Below are positions 24,336 to 38,004 of a DNA stretch of 64,000 bases, one piece after another. The DNA comes from Okamejei kenojei (Eukaryota): the NCBI GenBank assembly GCA_035221665.1, contig CM069162.1:19158001-19222000 (forward strand), written 5' to 3'. The notes under the pieces are model-generated. The model was not told where the DNA came from and ran no database searches. It worked only from the letters and a program-made list of their open reading frames with translations. Position 1 is the first letter of the stretch, and each line of letters starts with the position of its first letter. The position numbers were made by a program, and so were the translations under genes.

Positions 24336-27300
24336 TCGCTAAACTAAACCAAAATTTGGCCCAAGATAGACACCAAGTGCTGGAGTAACTCAGCAGGTCA
24401 GGCAGCATCTCTGGAGAAAAAGGATGGAGCGATATTTCGGATCGGTAACTTGGGTGTATCGTCCGTATGAACCAGCATCTGCAGTTCCTTTCTACACAAA
24501 ATTGGACCAACATTTTGTGACAGGTGTGTGAGAACACTTAGATCCCCCTGTACTTCATTCTCTAGTTTGATCATAATCTGCCTTTTGAATCCTCTTACCA
24601 GTGAGTAGCCTCACATTGGTCCACCTGAAACCCTGTTTGCCATGTTTTCACTCAATCACCCAATCCAATCGCATTACAGAAGTACAATGTCCTTTTCACA
24701 GCAGGACCTTCAACCTCTTTCTTGTTTATTTTCATTAAACTTGGAAACCTTACATTTTATTCACTCCTCCAGGGTCATTAATATAAATGCTAAACAATTG
24801 AACATCAAGGACCGATCCCAAGTTGTGAGGTCACATTAACCTTCATATAATACCTGATGCTACGATGCACATCCCTTTCCCTCCATGACGATTCTACAAA
24901 CCGTACCTTGTATATACTCTTTCAAGGGTCTATCCGCTGACTATCTGATGGGTCACCACTTCTTGTGGCTGACCCCATCACCTTTGCTGCATGTAGTACC
25001 CTTGTGGTTTAGACGTAAAACCATGTTGGCCATGAACAATTTCAATTGCGGTTTTCTCTGTGGCAGAGAATTTCACAGGTTCACAACTCTCTGGGTGAAA
25101 ATTCTACATTTACATTCGACACAGACAAATAGTAAGATTAAACGAAAACTTAACAGTTTGAAGTTTGATCTTGATTTTCTGAGGAGTTACGTTGGTGATT
25201 ACGTGAAGAAGCCCAGCCAGTCCGCATGCGCGTCAATCTTCAAAGCAGTGCTATGAAATCACAGATAACCAAAATCGAAGTAAACACAGTAAGATTAGCA
25301 ACCTAAGAACTACCAGATGATCTTTATGTGAGAGGGTTAGGCGTGGAGGGCACGTAATCACCAACGTACCTCCTCATAAAATCAAGATCAAACTTCAAAC
25401 TGGTAAGTTTTCGTTTAATCTTACTATTTTATTTCGGAGTCACGTGAGTGATTCTGTGAAGGGTTCAAAGCCCTGTGATTTCATGCCGCAGATCCAAATC
25501 TCTGCGTCCCACTGCATCGATTGACTCAGGATGAGTGAATAATCAAAAATGCATTAAGCATGACATTGATTCAAATGTATTAATGGTTTACGTTAATAAA
25601 GAAAACAATAACAACCCCTGTATCTCAGGGGAGGCTAAAGTGGACACAAAACAGAATGGGCAAAAACCCTGGGTCAGTAACCGGCCTATGGTAAAAAAAA
25701 TGTTTTTAATCAATTCAGTTGACCATTCTGAAGTCACGAGGATATGGTCGAAGGGAATGTCCATTGCCCTGGCCGCTGACGTTGATGCTGCCCTGGTGGA
25801 ATGAAATATACAGTCGTCAGTGTTAATACCTGCATAACCTGAACCTGCTGCAGCCACCTTGAAATAGTCTGAACCGACCTTCCTTTGTGTGGTTGTTTGT
25901 CGATTAGTAAACAATTCTGATTCCACACTTCTTAGGATTCTGGTGGCCTTGATATAATATAGCAAGCCTTCCCTCCCACATAGACGCGAGTCCATGGGGT
26001 ATCCGAAAAATGATCTTAAATCCTGTCACCCCTGGTCTGCTCTGCTTGTGTAGGTCAGAAATGTAAAATGTAATGGCACCTGCAACCAATTTCATCCTAT
26101 CTAGCCACAGCGTTTGCAATGTTTGCCCTCGTTGCGCTGATATTAGTGTCATGACTAAGGATGTAGCTGGAACCCCCTGGTGAAGTAATGTTAACACATT
26201 TTCAATATCCAAACTGCATATTCTTGTAGTGGGAAAACTTGCGTCAAGATCTCTTTTACAACTCGATATCCGGGGCTGAACCCGACAGAGTGGTTCCCGT
26301 TTGTTGCAGCTGTAATGGCTCTATAACTAAATTATTGTCAAAGACCATTTAAGAATGAACTGGAAGACGTTAATAATCTGTACTGTATTAAATGTAACAT
26401 TAATATTTAACCAAAACCGCTTCCGATCCCCTCAATAGGAATGTACTGCTTTTTTTGGGTGCTATCCCTGCACTCTATAGTGAGCTCATCCATGGCTTGA
26501 TGTGACAACCTGAGCCGTAAGTCAATCCATTCAGAATATGTAAGTCAATAATTGTTTTATTATGCAGAGGCTGGTTTCCTGAACCACAGTTTGAACCAGC
26601 AAAGTTTTAGTTTTTTAGAATAACCGTATACCGTTGTATTATGCCTGATATTATGCCTGACGAAAGCAGGCAACATGGCTGCTTAGCCAGTCCGACAGTA
26701 CGAAACCTAAAGCGACGTCTTGCTGACTATTTTAAGACCCGACTAATGAGGCAAAATGGAGGAAGACATAAAAGAACATTCCTCCTTTTTGTAGCAAGAA
26801 TGTATTTCTCCGCACTGTTAAGCCACATATTTTTGCAATCAGTGAATAAACATGAAACCAGCATGTCGATATTCGATGAAGCATTGAACCATACTTTCAT
26901 AATACTTTGAGATCCAATACTTATTCTGTGTTGTCATCGATCTGAACTGGATGATACACCAGTGGCAAAGGAGATAGGTAAATTATTACAGGATACTTTT
27001 ACTCGATTGCCAAGTGACTAACATATGCCACCACCGTAGTGTAGCAACTTGAAGTTGATCATATAGATTATGTATATTCGCTCAATAGCCCCTTACCCAT
27101 GAGGTGCATCTAGTGTATATATTTAATTGATACCAACAACTGAAGAATTGGTAACTCATGCAAATCTCCACTACCTCCAACTAGAGATGGTATTCGGAAC
27201 TTCTCACCTTAGAGCCCTTAGCATCAGTTTGTAATAACTGAATTCGACCGACCAAACTACTGGAGCAAAGCTGAATACTGTTTGTTCATCATTGTGACTG

Positions 27301-27367
27301 AGGTAGCTTCAGCTGATAATAGCATAAGGTTGTTAACAATGGTCTACATGTCCTTTGAGAGGTCGCT

Positions 27368-27686
27368 CAGTGACTCCAACTCTCCCGCTTTCGGCGGGAG
27401 ATCTCCCGCCGAAAGGCTTTTTTCGCAAAATCTCCCGCTCTCCCGCTTGAGATTTAATTTCTCCCGCCCTGGCTTTGTGTCTCAAAAATAAGCCTAAAAT
27501 AGCACCAGAGAGCATCTAGAACCATAGAGCTTCCCTTAAGCGGGCCCTGGACCCCGGCCGCAAGGGACTTCGCGCTTCGCGCTCGTGATGTGCGCTTTGC
27601 GCACATGAGTTTGCAGACTCCAGTTTCCTAGGGGATCCAGGCGGGAGAATCTCCAGATCAGAAGGTGCTTGGGGTTGGAGTCTCTG
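27368..27686. mobile_element. MITE with CAG.. termini and 6-bp TSD nested in DIRS
   Basis: TIR cagtgactccaac / gttggagtctctg (12/13 match); gtcgct at 27362-27367 and 27687-27692. Confidence 0.85.
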
Positions 27687-28593
27687 GTCGCTACTTTGCA
27701 CAGAATCAGTTCCTTGATTTGCACAGCGGACACAGCTGCTAGATTGCCAATTACTCTTGATGAAATAGAAGTCAGTTTTATAACAGGTTGCTATAAACTC
27801 CAATGTCTTGCCACAGGGCGGAGTCATAGGCTAATTAATAGTTAAAGGTAAATCCCAATGACCAACAAACAGTTTATCCCTTCCGCAATGTTTTACTGTT
27901 ATTAGTACAGTTATATTGTACCTCTGTAATGGGAACTGCATAGAATGGATCTTTGAGACCCTTATGAATCTATTGTTAGTCAGGAAAATAAGTTTTCATA
28001 TTCGGAAAGTTCATATGCGACACTCTCCAATTTTCATAATAAACAGACCACTCCTGCCTTATTCCATGGGTGCTTTGCATAAGAACTCTGGCCCGATTTC
28101 CGAACCTTATCTTCAAAGACAACCCTGGCCATAATCCAAACTTGCTTGGAATGCTAGTACTATGCCTCTCAACAGATGTTTTTATCCTTTGTGTGTTGTA
28201 CAAACAAGTGTAAATATTACAAATTGTGAGTGATGCACTTACCCATTTTTCGGAAGTGCCAGACCCACTTTGTTGAGTAGGGTTGGTAAGGTGCATGGAA
28301 CATCTGCCCAGCTATCATGCTGCCCGCAGCTCCAGTGAACCGCCTCCTGCCGATGAGCGCCTGGGGTGCGTTCTGAAATAATGAACCTTTACCCGCCGTT
28401 GGCCTTAATTGATTCATCTGCCAGGCGGGGAATCTTCCCCCAACTCCGTGGGCTGAGCAGATTTATGTGTTACTTTGAGCAACCCTGTCCCAGGCGTGGC
28501 CGGCCCCGCCTCACGTAGAGGCTGCCGCTTTTTGACATTAAACAGCCCTGTACCACGCGCTGCTGGCGCGGCTCTCCCATAGGCCGACAATGT

Positions 28594-28902
28594 CATAGAA
28601 ACATAGAAACATAGAAAATAGGTGCAGGAGTAGGCCATTCGGCCCTTCGAGCCTGCACCACCATTCAATATGATCATGGCTGATCATCCTACTCAGTATC
28701 CTATACTTGCCTTCCCTCCATACCCCCTGATCCCTTTAGCCACAAGGGCCACATCTAACTCCCTCTTAAATATAGCCAATGAACTGGCCTCTTGTGTGGC
28801 AGAGAATTCCAGAGACTCACCACTCTCTTTGTGAAAAGTGTTTTCCTCATCCGGTCCTAAAGGAATTCCCCCTTATCCTTAGACTGTGACCCCTTGTTCT
28901 GG
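28594..28902 (-). mobile_element. Young CR1 3' end nested in DIRS
   Basis: (catagaaa)n tail and reverse RTRGHSLRIRG. Confidence 0.9.
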
Positions 28903-29899
28903 AATTCTGTTCTGTCACAAATGAAACAGCCCTGCCCCGGGCGCTGCTGGCGTGGCTCTCCCGTAGGGTGGCGCTTTCATACATGAAGCAACCCTGCCAG
29001 GCGCTGCTGGCCGGGCCTGTCCCAAGGCCCGTGCTATTACAGTGTAGGCTCACTAAATCTAATTTTCAGTGTAGAGCTTCACCTGTGAAGAGTTAAAGCA
29101 ATTTTAACCCTTCATAGCAACCGGTGTTAAGCAATGAAAGAATTTCATTGTCCTGACAGGGACACATGACAATAACTCTTTTCACTTTTGACTGACTTTA
29201 CTTTGACTTTAAAACACTATAAAACATACATGCAAACTTTATTATTGGAAAAAAAACCCTTGCAGCCCGACTCACCCGAGTCCCATAGGGCTGAACGAGC
29301 CATTTCTCCACCAATTTTACTCCCTGCCTGGGGCCCAACGTCTGTGAGCCGCTGACCGCACTGTCAGCGACTCTGGCGTTACTTCCTTGCCACTTCACGG
29401 CATCCCCGCAGGCTGGAAGCCACTGACTGCCTTGCCAGCGGCGGCCATCTTCAAACCCGATCTTTTGCCGGTTATCCGCTTCCACGGTCGGACCGGGGTT
29501 TCCCCACAGTCCATAGCCGGCTCACTCGTCGGGCTGTGAATCTGGCAGGGAAACCTCTGTGAAGAGAGGCTCCTGCTTGAAAAACCCTGGTAAGTAAAAG
29601 CGAACTTACCTACTAGGTTTAACCTACCGCCGGCAGGAGCGCTGCCCTGCCAGTATGGTGCTTGCGCCAATGCGGCTGACATCCTGAAGCGCATGCGGAC
29701 TGGCTGGGCTTCTTCACTGATTCACTCACGTGACTCCGAAATAAAATGCAATTTATACAGTTGCAATGAGATTACGCCTTTTACTTCCAATGAGAGGTGG
29801 TTTCAATGGAATTATCTGTTCATAATAGGGTACATTGAAGGCGGGGAAAGTTAAAAAAACTTTAAAATATGCTTCTTTGAACTTTAAACTATGTTCTCA

Positions 29900-30900
29900 T
29901 CCAAATCATTAATGTCAACCACAAACAGCAAAAGGCCCAACACAGATCCCTGAGACACCATTAGTCACGGGCCTTCAGTCTGAAACACATAGGCAACCTT
30001 CCACCATCACCCTCTGCTTTCTTCCATGCTACCAATTTTCTATCTACTCGGCTAGCTCTCCCTGGATCCCATACGATCTAATATATCAGGCACGGTGGAG
30101 CAGTAGTGGAGTTGCTGCCGTACAGCGTATGCAGCGCCAGCGGCCTGGGTTCGATGCTGGCTACAGGTGCTGTCAGAACAAATCAGGCAAGTCAGGAGGT
30201 GACCAAGGAAGGGTGGAGCATGTACATGGAGTTTGTACATTTTCCCCGTGACCTGTGTGGGTTTTCTCCGAGTTCTTCTGTTTCCTCCCACACTCCAAAG
30301 ACGTACAGGTTTGGAAGTTAATTGGCTTGGTAAATGTAAAAATTGTCCCTAGTGGGTCAGGATAGTGTTAATGTGCGGGGATCGCTGGTCGGCACAGACC
30401 CAGTGGGCTGAAAGGGCCTGTTTCCACGCTGTATCTCTAAACTAAACCAAACTAAACTATCCAGAGCAGCCTACATGCCAAACCTTATTAAATTTCATGC
30501 TGATATCCATATGGATAATGTCTACAGCTCTGCCCTCATCAATCTTTTTGGTTAATTCTTAAAAAAATCTCAACCAGTTTCATGAGACATGTTTTAACAT
30601 GAACAAAACCATGCGGTCTAACCTCTATCAACCCTGTCTGCACAAATGCATATATGTCTTATCCCTCCAGTAACATTTGGCCCACAGATATTAGGATCAC
30701 TGGTCTATAGTTCCCAGGCTTTCTCTTGCAGCCATTCTTAAATAAAAGCACATGAGCCACCTTCCAGGCTTCTAGCACCCTTCCCATTTCTCATGTATCT
30801 CAGCTAGGGAGCCTGCAATGCCTTCTCTCACCTCTCTCAGTGATATATCTAATCAGGCCCCGGAGATGTAGCCGCCATCGTACATCTTAGATCTTTCAGA
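29900..30900 (-). mobile_element. Old CR1 RT region interrupted by a V-SINE
   Basis: Reverse CR1 RT motifs (ggcccaacacagatccctga; aaaaccatgcggtcta; atcactggtctatagttccc). Confidence 0.6.
30088..30458 (+). mobile_element. V-SINE carrying a 44-bp foreign insert
   Basis: Full SINE; insert at 30176-30219. Confidence 0.85.
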
Positions 30901-32515
30901 ACCTATACTGGACCGCATTCTCTCCTGCAGTAGACAGCACTCTATCGTATAAGGGACAGCATTTCATGCTGTAATGGGCAGCATTCTAACATCCAATAGA
31001 TTGCACTCTTGTAATGGACAGTACTCTGTCCTGTAATGGACATCATTCTATATTGTAATGGACAGAGCTCTGTCTTGTAATGGTCATAGTTCTGTCCTGT
31101 CATCGGTTGCTAGAACCATGAGATAGCAGCTCTATTCACTGTGCCACTGTGCTGCCTCCTCAGAGAAGGAAACAAGCTCAGCCATGTATTGCATCGGTAA
31201 GATCCTGAGAGCAGGATGGGAGCACACATTAACGTTGTAACAAAAACATCACATTCCTGTAACCAGAATCAATTGGCTACATCACAGCTAAAGATCAAAA
31301 TGATCTTCAATAGAAGCTAGAATGATTGTGAATCCATCCATATCGGGATGCACCTTGTCACCCACCTCAAATGTACACACACATTGAACTGAAGGTTGCG
31401 TTGGGTTCCTTTCACCATGGGGAGGGTTGAGCCTGTTCCTCCATTCACCACAATTCTATCGCTTTGCCCTCGAGTGGTCACCTCTGCATTCAGAACCAGC
31501 ACAGTAGCTCAGGGGGATCAGATTTACTTCGAATGAAGGATGGTTATGGATTTCTCAGAATTGGCTTAAAGCTTTAAGTTACGTGTGAGGACATGTCGGG
31601 ACCCTGTGAGGAGAGCAGCAGATTAACATTGGAGACTGATCGTCTTTCACCAGGAGTGAGAAAATTTGGAAAGCAAATATGTTTTAAATTGCAGAGTACA
31701 GGGTAGGAGGAAGGGAATGGCTGATAGGATCAGAGCCTAGTGGCACAAACAGGGGTTGCATCAGCTGGAGGAGGGAGGTAAAGATCACCTGTTATTAACG
31801 CACATCATTATCCTTTCTCGGCTTCCATCTCCACCTTCCTCAGTCAGTTTCTCCTGATCTGCACAAATCATACAAATCTGCTTTTGTTCTCTCTAGCTCT
31901 CACCCTTCTCTACAATTCAAAAGACGCTCGATTTCTAAGCTTCCCCTCATAAAGAGGCTCGGGAGAGTGGGGGAGGAGGGGGGGCGGAAGGACCATTGGG
32001 ACTATATTAAATACTTTTGTATCTTTGTCGACGCCCTTTAGGTGGCGACTCTTTGCATACTCTGCTCCTATCACTGATGAAATTATGAACTGGTGCACTG
32101 TACACAAAACAAATAATTTCACTGTAGCAAGTACACGTGATAACAAGGTGTCAATCAATCAATCTGATGTGACCATTCTGCAGTGTTAACGCTGCTTAGC
32201 CTCGACCAGCTGAGCAGTTCCAGCATTCTGTCTTCACGCTTCAGATTCCCAGCTCCTGCTGTTTTTTCGGGCTTACAGGTTACTGTCAATACGAGTGTCT
32301 GTGCATGGAAATCCAGGAGAAAATGACACCTTGCTGCTCGCGACCTCAAAGCAATCATTCCACGGAGTTCTATCCTCTGTACGACAAAACAAGCTGCCGG
32401 TAAATTGGCAAGCACCCTCCTTGAAAGTTTCAAGAAGTGACCTCAGCAGACAGTAAATTAACTGTTGGTGCCCATTTGCCGTGAAAACCAGAAGGTGGTT
32501 AGTTCGACTTGAATT

Positions 32516-32800
32516 GGCACGGTGTCGCAGCAGTAGAGTTGTTGCCTTACAGCACCAGAGACCCAAGTTCGATCCCGACTGCGGGTGTTGTCTGTACAAA
32601 GTCTGTACGTTCTCCCCGTGACCGCGTGGGTTTTCCCTGGGTGCTCCGGTTTCCTCCCACACTCCAAAGACGTACAGGTTCGTAAGCTTATTGCCTTCGG
32701 TAAAGATTGTAAGTTGTCCCTAGTGTGTAGGATAGTGTTAGTGTGCAGGGATCGGTGCGTTCGGTCAGCCAGGAGGCCAGTGTCTCTCAACTAAACTAAA
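32516..32800 (+). mobile_element. V-SINE
   Basis: Full head, core and tail. Confidence 0.85.
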
Positions 32801-33614
32801 TTGCATCTGTTTCTGAAACTTTACATTTTCACATCCAACCAGTCGTAAATTTGTCTGTTTTTGCAGGTGAAAATTACTCGCATTAAAACATTCAACACGT
32901 CCGACAGCATTTAAGAAAGAAAATATTAGGGTTTCCAGCAGACCCATTCAGTACTGTCCATGCCTGAAACATTAATATTTTCCTTTCTATTTTTTTTTAT
33001 GCTGTCAGTTTGCTCAATGTTTCCAGTACTTTTTCATGTGCTTCGCATATTTCCAACTTACAATTTTTTTGTTATTTTTTTGCAAATGATATTCAGGAGT
33101 TTATAACATCCCCTTAAGCAGGAACACGCCTTACCAACTTAAGCCGACAGGAGAGCTACCGGAGAAACAGTATATTGGAAATCTGGTAACAGCTCAAATG
33201 GCGTAAATCTGGCGTAAATCTGGCGTGTATTCTCTGTGATTTAGAGGTTGCAAGGCTAGGCTAATCAAGATCATTAAAATTGTCAAGGGTTTTCATTTTA
33301 ACTCTGTTCCATTATGAAGTGAATGCAAAGGAACCGCCTTATAAAACTATAAAGCACTGGGACCTTTTCCTTCTGCGCTGTTCTGGGCGACTAATTCATG
33401 TACAGAGAACTCTCACAGCCAGCGATCTGATAATCTTTTAATATCAATTAAAAGTGCACGCCACGCTGTGTAGAAACAACATCATTTGCACTTTCCCCAA
33501 TTTACAATCTGATGTTTTCATCAGTGTCCCAGCATCAAGCTCATCAGTTTGGGAGAAATCACTCTCCATCCTCATGATTTAAATAGTCATCCTACTAGTT
33601 CCACTGTTAAACAT

Positions 33615-33850
33615 GCATCCCTGTATCACTCCATTATCACCTCATCCCCAGCCTACTATCGGCCATTATGGGCTCCACCCTTCCTTGGTCATCTCCTGAC
33701 CTGCCTGATTTGTTCGAGCCTTTTCCTACCTCCGGGTAACCCCTCTCCCCACCTCTCTACTTTCAGTCTGAAGAAGGGTCCCGACCAAAACGCCCTTTAT
33801 CTCCAGAGATGCTGCTGACCCGCTGAGTTACACTAGCACTTTATGTCTCT
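33615..33850 (+). mobile_element. Penelope-like fragment
   Basis: cagtctgaagaagggtcccgacc...gatgctgctgacccgctgagtta. Confidence 0.7.
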
Positions 33851-34267
33851 CTTCAAATAGATCATGGTTAGCCCATCCTTGCCTATTCACCCATCACTGA
33901 CCGCATCCTTACTAATCCCACCAAACAAATATCCGTGGAATTTTTTTCCTGAAAATATCCATTGATCGCTCTGATCAGTCAGCACCTGTTTGTGATTTCA
34001 TTTTTAAATGGCCCGGCAAGATTGTTTACATTGTGGACCTTCGCTTTTCATTTACCACAGGAGGAAATCATTTTCCTATCAGGCCTCCTCCCCATTTTCA
34101 AGATCTTGATTAGATTATAGTTTAAATTACAGGGATTGCATGTTCGATTTATGTGGAGGCAAAAGAGATGCTGGAATCTTGAGCAAATAGTAAACCGCTG
34201 GGGAACTCAGTGGGTCAGGCGGCATCTGTGGAGATGAAGATCCCAACCCGAAATGTCGTCCGTCACC

Positions 34268-34620
34268 TACGATACGATACGATGCGGTACGATAGAACTT
34301 TATTTATCCCAGGAGGGAAATTGATCTGCCAACAGTCATAAAAACGCAAAATTTATTAAACATGAAGTGATGAGTGGAAAAGATTGGCTGTGTGCAAAGA
34401 TTGGGGGGGGGGGGGGGGGGGGGGGAGGGAGGGAGGGAGGGGGGAAGGGGGCGGAGGGGACTGTGGTGGGGGAGGGGAGTCAGTCCCAGTCTACCCCACG
34501 ACAGAGGGGAGAGGAGTTGTATAGTTTGATAGCCACAGGGAAGAAGGATCTCCTGTGGCGTTTTGTCCTGCATCTTGGTGGAACCAGTCTGTTGCTGAAG
34601 GTCCTCCTTCAGACGCTGCC
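34268..34620 (-). mobile_element. Rex1/Babar-like LINE 3' fragment
   Basis: Paralog of 24010-24335. Confidence 0.6.
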
Positions 34621-35004
34621 TGATCATGTATTGTCTTTCCGCTGACTGGTTAGCATGCAACAAAGCTTTTCACTGTACCTCAGTACACATGACAATAAAC
34701 TAAACTGAGCTGAACTGCTCTGCTGCGTCCCTCCGGTTGTTTGCTTTTGTTGCTCAGGTTTATACAGTCTAACTTCACACTTTAATTCCCCCCCCCCCCC
34801 CCCACTGTCCCGACAAGCACCTTCCTCCCCATCCGTGGCAGAATCTGCGGCTCCAACATTAGGCTCGGCAGCCTCCTCTGAAACAACAGAACCAGAGTGG
34901 AACAAAGTCATCCCTAACCTCAGGGACTGCTTCAGAAGAAGAAGAAATCAAACCAGGTTCTACTCGAGACATTTTAAAGGCAAGAAGCTAATCTGTACCA
35001 GGTG

Positions 35005-35228
35005 CGTAGGGAAGAACTGCACACGCTGGTTTAAATCGAAGGTAGACACAAAATGCTTTAGTAGCTCAGCGGGTCAAGCAGCACCTCTGGAGAGAAGGAA
35101 TGAGTGACGTTTCGGGTCGAGACCCTTCAGTCTGAAGAAGGGTCTCGACGCGAAACGTCACCACTTCCATCTCTCCAGAGATGCTGCCTGACCCACTGAG
35201 TTACTCCAGCATTTTGTGTCTACCTTTA
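35005..35228. mobile_element. Head-to-head (palindromic) Penelope-derived element
   Basis: Reverse and forward copies of the PLE terminal block meet at ~35130; flanked by taatctgtaccagg on both sides. Confidence 0.8.
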
Positions 35229-37774
35229 ATCTGTACCAGGACTGGCAGTGTCAGCAAATAAATAAAACAGCATTCATGATTGATAGGAAAGGTACATGTG
35301 CACCAGATGTTGCTGAACACACACTATATCAGGGCAGATCTTGGCTCCAGTTAAATTCATTGTTCTTACTTATTCATGTTTGGAAGTAATGTTCATTCAA
35401 TAGGAATGTAAAGCAAATGTCCATGTATTGAGCTCTCTGGATCTCAATGAACTTTTCAACCTTTTTCAACAACAATTCTCGGTTTTAAGTGACATCCTGC
35501 TCATTAACTCCAGTTCACCCTCCCCTGATCCTCAGTCTGAAGAAGGGTCTAGACCCAAAACGTCACCCATTCCTTCTCTCCAGAGATGCTGCCTGTCCCG
35601 CTGAGTTCCTCCAGCATTTTGTGTCTATCTTCAATTTAAACCAGAATCTGCAGTTTCTTCCTACACATCCTGCTCATTGTCATCGCTGGAGTTTAAGTAA
35701 CTTGGTTGTAGGAAAACGGAATAATTATGAGACTCCTTAAAGCTTAGCAAGCTCATTCACCACATGTTCATTGCCACAGAAGGCTGTGGAGGCCAAGTCA
35801 ATTGATATTTTTAAGATAGAGATAGATAGATTCTTGATTGGTTGGGGAGAAGGCAGGAGAATGGGGCTCAGAGGGAAAGATAGATCAGCCATGGTTGAAT
35901 GGTAGAGTAGACTTGATGGGCCAAATGGCCAAATTCTGCTCCTATCACTTATGAACTTCTGGACCTGCTGTGCCAGATGGAACTGTGTCAGAATGTACAT
36001 TGAAAACAGAAGTTTCAGAACCAAGACACAGAGAAGCCGATGCAACTTCAATTGCTTATATCTTTGATTAATCTTTGCATTCAGTGAGCGTGATGCAAGT
36101 CAGCCCACTTACACCTCCTCATAATTTCTCCAAATGGAATTGCGCTACGCCGAGTGTAGCTGTCAGCAGTATGTTTTAGAGATGCAGCGTGGAAACAGGC
36201 CCTTTGGCCCACCGTATCCATGCCGACCATTAATCACCTGTTCACACTAGTTCAAGGGTCAAGAGTCAAGAGTGCCATATGTCCCAAACAGAACAATGAC
36301 ATTCTCACTAGCAGCAGCACAACGGAATATGTTATACAGCTTTCTCATCCACTCCCTACACGCTTGGGGCAATTTTATAGAGGCCAATTAACCGACAAAC
36401 CCGCAGAATTTTGGGTTGTGGGAGAAAACCAGAGCACCCGGAGGAAAGCCATGTGCGCCCACAGGGAGAACGTGCAAACTCCACACAAGGCAGCACCAGA
36501 GGTCAGGATCGAACCTGGTTCCTCTGGCGCCTTGATTATATCGAAAGCTTCCATGGAAGAGAAAGGGAGTTCAAGTCTGCCCATTCACCACGAGCAAGAT
36601 ATTAACAGAAAGTCGTTACTGGTGAAAATGTCTTTATATTGGAAGTACCTCAACAACGTGCACAACTCTCCAGCTCTACGACCACGTTTTAACCCTCGTT
36701 GTCACCTTCCCCTCAGCTAACGGTGACCCATTCTACATTTCCTTCATCATCGTCCCCTTTGATCTGTGTTTTCACACCTTACCCTTCCATATCTCTGTGT
36801 CTCCCTTTCCCCTAGCTCTCAGTCTGAAGAGGGGTCTAGACCCGAAACGTCACCCCTTCCTTCACTCCAGAGATGCTGCCTGTCCCGCTGCTCCTCCAGC
36901 ATTTTGTGTCTCTCTTCAGTGTAAAGCAGCATCTGCAGTTCCTTCCTACACAGGTTGATCTCGATTTATCCTTCAGTAATCTCGCCTTCAGAGGATGCTG
37001 TCGGATGATTCACTTCAGGTTGAAAGCACAATGATATTTTGTGGTTGAACACTGCAGAATAGTAAGGGTTACGTATTACACAAGGAATCAGGCTTCCCAG
37101 CAGGTCGGGTGGCTTTCACAGTGAAAGGGATTTCATTGTTGAAATGGAAATATGAAAGCCATCGAGCATGGGCAGTCAAAATAAAAAGGAAAATATAAAT
37201 TAACCTGCGGCTGCACAGTGAAAACTAGTCTCAGTGTAGTCAGATGTATTCACTTGGGAAGAAAATTTACTGCAGTGTCAATTAACTCCTTTAAAAAACA
37301 GCTGGATAAATATCTGGTTAGTGCTAGGATTGAGGGTTGTGGGGATAAACGTAGAGGCAGATAATTAAATACTCCTGGCAAACACTGATTCCTTAAAGTA
37401 AGGATGGTGCCTGGGGAAATATTTCCCATGGAATGCAGCTGTGGGCAGAGGTTTTATGCAACGGATTGTGTAAAATGCAGAATTAGATTCATATTCAGGA
37501 ATTAGATGTGTTGAGGAAAATTATTGAGTAGCGGCGTTTGTGAAAGGAGGCCATTCAGCCACTGGAGTTCATACCGGCTCTGTGCCTCCACTCAAATACT
37601 AACCCAACTCCATTTTCAGCACTAAAATAGTCTGCCTCCACTATTCCCCCAGTTCCCCAATCACCCACTGTCATTCCTGCCAACCTCCTTCACTAAGTGA
37701 CCCTGTACTTCTGTCCCTGCTGTCTCAACCTTCATCACGTTGGAAATGTTTATAAGATCACGTTGCAATCTCCT

Positions 37775-37777
<3 letters not shown>

Positions 37778-37838
<61 letters not shown>
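37778..37838. repeat. Poly-C homopolymer
   Basis: About 60 consecutive C; the length may be a sequencing/assembly artefact. Confidence 0.9.
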
Positions 37839-38004
37839 ATAGAGCAGCATTAGCTTCTCTCGTCTCCAATCCGTCCACATAACTAAAGGCTCTCATCTTT
37901 GGAATCGTTTTGGCAGATTACGAAGCAGTCACACCTTTCCTCATCTGTACCATTCTGACCAGGACACAGGAGTCACTTATGGCTGAACCAGTATTTTATA
38001 GTTT

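Larger units (their letters stand above)
25127..29745 (-). mobile_element. Second DIRS family: intact termini/ICR, heavily decayed interior
   Basis: Termini aaatagtaag... and ...gactccgaaataaa; ICR 25351-25461; ITR gtgaagaagcccagccagtccgcatgcgc. Remnants on minus: YR HSTRAASTSAARAM (25700-26210), methyltransferase-like PPFCLISRVL (~26750), RNase H-like TTVVAYV and LQTDA (~27030, 27230), RT LKDPFYAVPI (~27940). Confidence 0.9.

Noticed and set aside
26212-28300. Captured host gene inside the second DIRS
   Set aside because: RT, RNase H and methyltransferase motif remnants appear in the expected DIRS order, so it is decayed pol.
32279-32399. Possible plus-strand exon (ttacag...gtaaat)
   Set aside because: No recognisable protein in any frame and no partner exons found.
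32950-33550. Possible conserved non-coding enhancer
   Set aside because: Repeat-free and AT-rich, but conservation cannot be assessed without alignments.
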